Source: Candidatus Poseidoniaceae archaeon (GTDB taxonomy: Archaea; Thermoplasmatota; Poseidoniia; Poseidoniales; Poseidoniaceae). From it: a DNA stretch of 64,000 nucleotides. Below the pieces are notes generated by a model that saw nothing but the letters and a program-made list of their open reading frames with translations, was not told the DNA's origin and made no database searches. The stretch spans positions 6,686 to 70,685 of the forward strand of contig CASIBX010000040.1 of NCBI GenBank assembly GCA_949373075.1, in the 5' to 3' direction. Numbering within the stretch: the stretch's first letter is position 1; the number at the start of each line of letters is the position of its first letter. The position numbers were made by a program, and so were the translations under genes. Positions 18,863 to 27,700 of this stretch are shown piece after piece.

Positions 18863-19705
18863 ATGGATTGGACAGGGCCAATCCTTGATGACCATTTTCA
18901 CCTAAACCGGAATGGTAGATTCCTTGATGCTGCTCGTGATTTTTTACGAGTTGGTGGTACCGACTTAGTTTTGGTTCATTGCCCTGATTTTGCTTCCCCT
19001 CCAGTAACCAGGAAAGGTCATTTTGATTCCTATGCAGATACAATTGCAATGGCCGAAGAGGTTCGCTCTCTCGGGCTCGGAGTACGAGTAATATTGGGTC
19101 CGCATCCAGCTGCATTTGCACACCAATTCGAATCTTTAGGCGATAGGGCAGAAGAGAATTATTGGGACAGCATTGAGACTGCCCTTCATTTTGTTCATGA
19201 AGGTAAAGCCCACGGTATCGGTGAAGTTGGTAGGCCGCATTGGAAAGTGACAGATGAAATTTGGAGTCGTTCTAATGCTCTTCTTTTGGAAACGATGCAA
19301 TTAGCAGCTAAAGAGGGCGTGCCTCTTCAATTACATGTTGAAGGTGAGTCTGATGAAACATATGGGGATTTAGCGGAAATGGCAGACCGAGCGGGCCTTG
19401 CCAGAGAACGATTAGTTCGTCATTACGCACCCCCTAAGGTAAATGCAGAATACACTCATGGAATCACTCCTAGCGTACTTGCGGGAAGTGGTTCAATCGA
19501 AGAACTGATGGCTACATTCGAAGCGTCATCGCATGGATTCATGCTGGAAACTGATTACATGGATGACCCTAGGCGCCCAGGTGCAGTACTCGGTCCTAAA
19601 ACCGTACCAAAAAGAACACGCCAACTCTTGGAAGCGGGTCTGGATGAAGAGATATTGTACAGATGCCATAAGGACTTACCTGACCATATATATGGTTCAA
19701 TTTAA
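18863..19705 (+). CDS. TatD-family metal-dependent hydrolase
   Basis: N-terminal DDHFHLN (HxH metal motif) and later H/E/D ligands (LQLHVEGE, ETDYMDD). ATG at 18863; the upstream GTG at 18854 overlaps the previous stop. Confidence 0.7.
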   Translation: MDWTGPILDDHFHLNRNGRFLDAARDFLRVGGTDLVLVHCPDFASPPVTRKGHFDSYADTIAMAEEVRSLGLGVRVILGPHPAAFAHQFESLGDRAEENYWDSIETALHFVHEGKAHGIGEVGRPHWKVTDEIWSRSNALLLETMQLAAKEGVPLQLHVEGESDETYGDLAEMADRAGLARERLVRHYAPPKVNAEYTHGITPSVLAGSGSIEELMATFEASSHGFMLETDYMDDPRRPGAVLGPKTVPKRTRQLLEAGLDEEILYRCHKDLPDHIYGSI

Positions 19706-19752
19706 CCAAGAGTTCATGACCTCCGCTTTCTTCGGCAAGCACAGTGGTTACT

Positions 19753-20865
19753 ATGAAGAGGGTTATTTTAATCTCAATTCTCATATTTTTAATGTTAGCC
19801 CCTATGAATGTTCAAGCACAAGTACCAATTCCTGTTGCTGTTGAAATAGAATGCCAGCAATCTACAATTAACATAAACGTTCATCCTGAGCAAAACCAAC
19901 CGGTTTCTGTATCATGTACCGTGGAAAATACTGGTAGTTTCAAAGAACAGATTGACATCGATTGGAATGTCGAGGGCAATGATTTCAATCTCGATGTATC
20001 GGGGGATACCTCTTGGGATATTGAGGCGGGTGATTCCGAATCATTCACTGCAGTTTTCACAGCATCTGCTAGAATTGAGGTCAAATCTGAAGATTTCAAT
20101 ATCACGGCCACTGTAGTGAGTGTAACAATTGGCGGCGATCCTATTACAATCCCATTGGGACAATTTGGCTCAACTGCTGAAGTGGGCGGCACTGTCAATT
20201 CATTGGCGTATTCGAGAGTAGACTTGGAAGTGTCTAATCCTACTACGAGAAACATCGAGGTCTCGGAGGAGGAATCTATCCAATTTACTATTTTTAATGA
20301 TGGGAATAGAGCCGATAACCTTGAAGTGATTGTGGTCAATCAGCAAGAAATTGAAGATGCTGGTTTCAAATTTATTTCTGACTCGTTTTATCGTGCTACC
20401 GTTAATCCGGGTTCTTCTTCAGAACAGGGGACTATTCTCTTAGAAGCACCTTCGGAAGCATCTAGTGAAATCTCCATTCAGGTCGAACTTCGTGCATATT
20501 CCAAACTGGATGAATCTGCTGAACCAAGCGTAATTACTGTTAGGATTGTTGTCGCTGCTTCAGGGGGAGGAGGTACATTGGGTGGCTTTGATACTATGAG
20601 TGGTGAAAATTGGGCCATGATTGGAATGGCAGGAGGAGGCCTAATCGGGGTTATCCTTCTTCTTGTGATTATTTCTCGTCTTACCAAGAAAACAGCAGGT
20701 AAGCAAAAGGTTGCTCAAAAAGAAGCCAAGAAAGCAGCTAAGGCTGAACGTAAGTCTGGAAGAAAGGGCAAAAAAGCAAAACCAGTGGTTGACGAAGAAT
20801 CCTCTGATGACGACTTCGATTTCGATGATGATTTCGATGATGATTTTGATTTCGACGATTTGTGA
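19753..20865 (+). CDS. secreted, C-terminally anchored beta-sandwich (CARDB/NEW3-like) protein with a Lys-rich then Asp/Phe-rich tail
   Basis: Signal peptide MKRVILISILIFLMLAPMNVQAQ. Two CARDB-like modules. TM LIGVILLLVIISRL, a K-rich stretch, then DDDFDFDDDFDDDFDFDDL. Confidence 0.65.
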   Translation: MKRVILISILIFLMLAPMNVQAQVPIPVAVEIECQQSTININVHPEQNQPVSVSCTVENTGSFKEQIDIDWNVEGNDFNLDVSGDTSWDIEAGDSESFTAVFTASARIEVKSEDFNITATVVSVTIGGDPITIPLGQFGSTAEVGGTVNSLAYSRVDLEVSNPTTRNIEVSEEESIQFTIFNDGNRADNLEVIVVNQQEIEDAGFKFISDSFYRATVNPGSSSEQGTILLEAPSEASSEISIQVELRAYSKLDESAEPSVITVRIVVAASGGGGTLGGFDTMSGENWAMIGMAGGGLIGVILLLVIISRLTKKTAGKQKVAQKEAKKAAKAERKSGRKGKKAKPVVDEESSDDDFDFDDDFDDDFDFDDL

Positions 20866-20964
20866 CGTAAATATCGGCATTTCGGCTAATTTTCAACACC
20901 CCGGAAATGGGCTTTATCGCTTGTTTTCTTATGGCAACAGTCATAGACGGGGTGGCTAGGGAAA

Positions 20965-20985
20965 CACCTACCCTAAGGGTAGGTG
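20965..20985 (+). promoter_or_regulatory. perfect 9-bp-arm palindrome/hairpin overlapping the fabI Shine-Dalgarno sequence
   Basis: CACCTACCC-TAA-GGGTAGGTG. The right arm contains AGGTG, ending 6 nt before the fabI ATG (20992). Confidence 0.45.
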
Positions 20986-20991
20986 CTAATT

Positions 20992-21786
20992 ATGCTAAAT
21001 TTACAAGGTAAAGTTGCATTTGTTTTCGGTGTTGCCAGTGAAGACTCAATCGCTTGGGCGATTTGTCAAAGTCTAGCTGATGCTGGGGTGACTTTGTATC
21101 TCGGTTATCAGAAGAGATTCATGTCTCGTGTTTTCCAATTAAAGGACAAACTTCCTGCTATTGCAGGGTTCTACCCTCTTGATGTTGCTACCGATGCAGA
21201 CACCAAGGAATTCTTCGATGCTTTCAGTGCAGAAAACCCTAACGTCAAGGCAGATATTTTGATTCATGCTATTGGCTTCGCACCTCGCGAATGCTTCGAC
21301 AGGCCTATTCTGTTCGTCGATGACGATAAAATCAACACAGCATTCACTATTTCAGCCAACTCTTTGCAACGCTGCCTAAAGTTTGCATTGCCTTATCTGA
21401 ATGAAGGCTCCTCCACAATCACGCTGACCTATGCTGCATCAACACGGCATGTTCCTTCTTACGGAATAATGAGTATGGCTAAGGCTGCTCTTGAGTGCTG
21501 GACAAGAGAATTAGCATGCCACCTTGGGCCGGAAGGCCATCGCGTTAATGCTATTTCAAGCGGGCCAATTCGCACTATTGCGGCTAGCGGCATTCCTGGA
21601 TTTGATAATATTCTCGACCATGTTGCGGCCAATTCACCATTACGCAGAAATGTTACACAATCCGATGTCGCTGGTTGTTCGACATGGCTTGCAAGCCCTC
21701 TTTCAGCAGGAGTTACGGGCCAGTGCATCTATGTCGACGCTGGTTATTCGATTACAATGGTTCCTTCAAGCATAATGGGTGAGTGA
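20992..21786 (+). CDS. fabI: enoyl-[acyl-carrier-protein] reductase (NADH), FabI
   Basis: LQGKVAFVFGVASEDSIAWAI N-terminus, catalytic Y-x6-K (YGIMSMAK), ISSGPIRT motif. The stop TGA (21784..21786) overlaps GTG at 21783 of the next gene. Confidence 0.9.
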   Translation: MLNLQGKVAFVFGVASEDSIAWAICQSLADAGVTLYLGYQKRFMSRVFQLKDKLPAIAGFYPLDVATDADTKEFFDAFSAENPNVKADILIHAIGFAPRECFDRPILFVDDDKINTAFTISANSLQRCLKFALPYLNEGSSTITLTYAASTRHVPSYGIMSMAKAALECWTRELACHLGPEGHRVNAISSGPIRTIAASGIPGFDNILDHVAANSPLRRNVTQSDVAGCSTWLASPLSAGVTGQCIYVDAGYSITMVPSSIMGE

Positions 21787-21791
21787 ATCCT

Positions 21792-24700
21792 ATGACAATA
21801 ACAACTGCAGATGGAAAGCCGTGTGATGGACTAGAGCAGGCCCCGTTTGAGCCAATTGCAGTAATTGGAATGGCAGCTCTAATGCCAGATGCAACTTCAA
21901 TTGAGCAGTTTTGGCAGAATATTATCGATGCACATGTTTCCATCAAAGAGGTCACTAAAGACAGATGGGACCCTGATATTTACTGGGATGAAGGCTCACC
22001 TGGTAATATCGCTGAGGGTAAAACATATTCCAAAATCGGAGGATTCGTAGAAGGATATGAGTTTGATTGGAGGCGATGGAGACAACCCCCGGGAACGCTC
22101 CCTCAGATTGACCCGTGCCAACTTTGGGCGGTTACAGTTTCTGCAGACGCTATTGAGCATGCAGGATATGGTGAAGGCGGAAAAACCCTAGACCGATCTA
22201 GAACAGGTGTAATTTTTGCAAATGCCTTAGGTGGTGAAAACCGTTCAGAATCGAATCTTCGCGTATTCAGTGCTGAGATGAGGAAAATAGCAATCGATAA
22301 CGGAGTTACTCCTGAGCAAGCCGACTCCATGGTTGAGACTATTTGCGAAGGAAAACCACGAATTGATGAAGATACAATGCCTGGAGAATTGGCGAATGTA
22401 GTAAGTGGAAGAGTTGCAAATCTTCTAGACTTGCAAGGTCCCAATTATTCTACAGATGCAGCATGTGCTTCCTCGATGGCCGCTTTACTCGATGCCTGCC
22501 GTCTTTTGCAGACAAGGCAAGTCGATACAATGCTCGCCGGAGCAACAGACCGTTGCATGGAAGCCCCGACATATGCTAAATTCAGTGCCATTGGAGCACT
22601 ATCTCCTACTCACTCGACACCTTTCGATGCACGGGCCAATGGATTCGTTATGGGCGAAGGCGCTGGCGTGTTACTGCTCAAGAGACTGTCAGATGCAATC
22701 CGTGATGGCGATGATGTCAAGGCGGTAGTTCGTGGGGTGGGGGGCTCTTCAGATGGTAGAGGCAAAGGAATAACTGCGCCAAGCCAGAGGGGGCAAGTTC
22801 AAGCGGTTAGCAGAGCATATTCACAAGCAGGATATGCCCCTTCTACTGTTGAGTTAGTCGAGGCACACGGAACCTCAACCAAAGTAGGCGATGCTACTGA
22901 ATTATCTACACTCTCACTTCTTTGGAATGATTTAGATGGCGGCGACCATATCGCAGTGGGCTCAGTAAAGAGTCAAATTGGCCACTTGAAAGCAGCAGCA
23001 GGTATTGCTGGAATTATGAAAGCATGCAATGCTGTTTATCACAACACTATCCCTCCAAGTGCAGGATTCCAAACACCTAATCCCACCGTTGAATGGAATG
23101 AAATTCCATTCTTTGTGCCAACAAAAGCTCGTGATTGGCCTGAGCCAAAATCTCACCCTCGCCGTGCAGGAGTTTCTGCATTTGGGTTTGGAGGGACTAA
23201 TTTCCACGTTGCAATCGAAGGTTACGTCCCCGAATTCCATGCCGAATTGGTATCTCACTGGGATGGAAGATGGGAAGCATATGCTGGATATGACAAGCCA
23301 TCTTCGGATAAGGCGACAATGACGCATGAACAGTTGAAAGCCATAGAAGGCGGATTGCTACTATTGTCAGGAGACTCTGTCGAGGCAGTGCGAACTAAGT
23401 TGGCAGCAGTTTCTTTCCAAGACTCTAATTTTGATGATGACCCTAGTGGAATTAGACTATCGTTCACTTTACCCGATGCATGGTCCTTTAGCCCATCTGA
23501 TTCCGTCCGCATGGCAATCTCAGCAACTAATTGGGCCGAATTCAACAAGAGAACAGAACTCGCATTGAAAGCGATGGATGACAAGGCTAAATGGGGCTTC
23601 TTAATGAGCCAGGGGATTATGATTAGCGATGATCCTGCATTACCCTCTGAAGCCAAAGTCGCCCACATGTATCCTGGCCAAGGTAGCCAATATGTTGGTA
23701 TGACGCATGACCTAAATCACCGCTTCACAGGCGTGGGCGAAGTTTGGGAGAAGGCCGACATTACCATGGTAGAGGTTTTGGATGGAGAAACCCTCTCGTC
23801 CTTTGTTCTACGTGATAATCTGTCACAAGAAGAAAAGGAAGAAGCAGAATTCAAACTCAAACAAACTGAATACACTCAACCTGCAATGTTAACCGCAGAT
23901 TTAGCCATAGAAGCGGCGCTTAATGCCCATGGGCACAAGCCCGATATGGTTGCAGGGCATAGTTTAGGAGAATATGCTGCATTGATGAGTGCAGGCATTC
24001 TAGATATGGATGGGGCACTAAGAGCAGCCGCTGCCCGTGGTACTGAGATGGGTAGTGTAGAAATCGACGATAAAGGACTAATGGCTAGCGTAACCGCTCC
24101 TTATACTCGAATAGCCGAGATTATTGAAGAGATAGACGGATACGTCATAGCAGCTAACAAAAACTCTCCTAAAATGACCGTAATAGCGGGTGAAACCGCT
24201 CCTGTCAAGGAGGCTATGTCTAAGTTTCAATCCGAAGGTTTCCAAAGTGTAGAACTGGCGACCAGTCACGCATTCCATTCTAGAATCGTAGCCCCTGCAA
24301 ATGAACCTCTTCGCAGGTTCCTCGAAGGACTTGAAATTAGATGGCCAAGCATTCCAATCACAAGCAACGTAGATGGTGGATGGTATCCAATGGATGATGG
24401 CAGCGATTCTAAGACAGCTGTGTTGTCAAAATTAGCACCGCAGATGGCGTCTAGTGTTGAATGGACTAAGCAGATAAATTCAATGTATGAAGCAGGAGCC
24501 AGAATCTTTGTCGAAGTTGGCCCTAAACGCGCATTGACCGTTTTCGCTTCACAAATTTTGGAAGGAAAAGTAGCCCTTCCAATTATGACAAATCACCCCA
24601 AGGCAGGAGGAATCGCAACTTTCCTGTCAGCATTAGGTACTCTCGCACTAGCGGGTAGAACTCCTGAGTGGCCAGACCGTAACAGTCCTCAACTTACCGA

Positions 24701-27700
24701 GGCATTCCGAGCGGGTCCGGTCGAAGCCCAAGGCGTATCTCAGCAACCGGCTACTCCGCTCAAAGAACGTAGCAGGCCACTGCCTTCCAAAGGCGGAGAC
24801 GTAATCACCAAGACTGTAGTACAATCTAAAGAGGCATTCAGCGACCCTGATGCCGCTAAAATTAACTTGGTAGGGGAACTAATTGCTGCACAAACTGGCT
24901 ACCCTGCTAAATTCTGCCAAGGAAATGTCGACATGCGAGATGTATTGGGAATGAACGACTCTCAAATACAAATTGTAGTGTCCAGCGTACATGCTCGTTG
25001 TAGCACAGACCCTGATTGGGATGTCACAGTAGCAAAAACTCCAGGGGATATCACTCGATGGATAACCGCTGCACCCATACCCGGCAGTAAAACTAGGGCT
25101 ACAAAATTCGATGACCGTGATGATGACCCGTATGTGATAACAGGAATTTCCTTAGGATTACCTGGCGGAGAAAGGGTATTCGACAAAGGTAACTTTGAGA
25201 AATTAATTCGTGGAGAAACCTGTATTAGCGAAGTTACTGATGATTACAAACAGAGATTGCTTGACAAAAATATTGTTCGCCTGATCAAAGGCAGAGATGG
25301 CAGCGTAGGTATGGACGCTGCGACAGAGTTTGGCGACATCCCTCAACTAGCTGGCCTCAAATCCGCATTTGATCCAACCGAGGAATTCGGTATTGATGCA
25401 AAGATTGCTGCTGCTTGGGACATGGCGACACAGTTAGCATGTGCTGCAGGATTGATTGCTCTCAAAGATGCAGGTATTCCTCTAACTCCTGTTGAACAGG
25501 TAGGTAAAGGCGGTTTGCGATTGATTCGCTCATGGCAGATGCCTTCAATGTACAGAGATAGAACTGGAATTGTCTTTTCATCATGTTTCGCAGGCCATCA
25601 AATGGCGGCCAAACATGCTAAGTTAAACGGTGATGATGGTGAAGGCAGATTTGACCGCCGATATCTATTCCAAATCCTCAATATGGGGCATTCACAATTC
25701 GCTCAACACGTGGGTATTCGTGGCCCTAATACTACCATTAACTTGGCATGTGCTTCTGCTACAGCAGCATTTGGTGTGGCCGAGGATTGGCTAGCAGCAG
25801 ACCGTTGTGACCGCGTAGTCATCATCTCTGCAGATGATGTGACTGGAGACGATATGTGGGAATGGATTGGCTCTGGTTTTGCCTCGAGTGGCGCTGCAGC
25901 TACCAGTAACGTCATCGAAGAAACAGCACTACCTTTCGATAAACGCCGAAACGGTTTGATTCTTGGAATGGGAGCCGCTGCATTCGTTGTAGAAAGGAAA
26001 TCACATTCAGATGCAAGGGGAGTTCAGCCTATGGCAGAGTTACTTGGTACTAGAATCGCTAACTCGGCCTTCCATGGAACCAGGCTTGATGTAGACCATG
26101 TCGCTTCTACTGTTGACGGATTCATTGGAGAAATGGAATCCCGCTGGGGCCTTGACCGTCACAAGATGGCTTCCGAAACAGTGTTCTTTTCCCATGAAAC
26201 ATTCACTCCTGCAAGAGGAGGCTCAGCCCAAGCCGAAGTTAAGGCACTGAGAGATACCTTCGGTGCGAGTACAGATTCGATAGTGATTGCCAATACCAAA
26301 GGTTTCACCGGACACCCAATGGGTGTCGGAATTGAAGATGCTGCAATGTTTTACGGTTTGATGACAGGTAAGATTCCACCAATCGCTAATCACAAGGAAG
26401 TAGACCCTGAATTAGGTAATCTGAAATTATCTAAGGGCGGGGCATATCCTGAACTGAAATATGGAATGCGATTTGCTGCAGGTTTTGGCAGCCAAATTGG
26501 GTTATCATTAGTTCGTAAGTGTGAATACACTGGTGACAGAATAAATCGGCAGAAATTGTTGACTTGGAATCAATCAATTGCAGGAACTCCAAACATCGAA
26601 TTACGTGTTCTTCAAAACAAACTAGTAGCATATGTTGATGGAGACAACAACCTCCATGGCGGTATTCAAGGAGAAGAATATGCGGTTCCTAATAATGTAC
26701 AACCAATCGCAGCTCCAGTCATTGCAGACGTAACTCCTGAACCGGTAGCCGTACCTGAACCAGTTGCAATCGTTGCGAAAGTTCCCCCACAGGAAGTTTC
26801 AGGTGATCTTACTTCAATCGTAATCGATGTAGTTGTAAACCACACAGGCTATCCTGCAGACTTCGTTGAACTCGACCAAGACCTCGAAGGTGAGTTGGGT
26901 ATTGATACGGTAAAACAGGCTGAAATAATGGCGGACATACGCACTAAATTTGCATTACCTGTAGACGAAGATTTCGTATTATCCGATTATCCAACCCTCA
27001 CTCATATGATTGGCTATATCCACAAAATGAAGGGAGGTAGTGCTCCAACTCCTACAGCGCCAACTCCAGTAGTTGAAACTGAAGTAAGCCAACCAGCGGA
27101 AGTAGTAGCCAAGGTAGAGCCTACTGTAATTCCAAAGACAGTAGTTTCGGCAGATACCTCCGATATCCAGCCCAAGTTGATTGGGGTTGTTGTGAAGCAT
27201 ACAGGTTATCCTGAAGACTTCATTGAAATGGACCAAGACCTTGAGGGAGAACTTGGAATCGATACGGTCAAACAGGCTGAAATCATGGGCGATGTAAGGG
27301 AGATTTTCTCATTACCTGTTGACGAGGACTTCGTACTTTCAGACCATCCTACGCTGAATCATTTCGTGGCATATATTCAGAAAATGACCGGCGCAACCGC
27401 CTCTTCACCCGCTCCAGTAGAGCCAACTCCTCTATCTGTACCTGCCTCTAAACCCGAGGCAGAACCAGTGAGGGAGCAAATTGTAGTAAGTGATAATGGA
27501 GAGATTCAGCCCAAACTAATCGCTGTAGTTGTCAAGCATACGGGATATCCTGATGATTTTATCGAGATGGACCAAGACCTTGAGGGGGAACTTGGAATCG
27601 ATACGGTCAAGCAGGCTGAAATTATGGGCGACGTCAGAGAGATTTTCTCTTTGCCTGTGGATGAAGATTTCGTCCTTTCAGACCATCCTACACTGAATCA

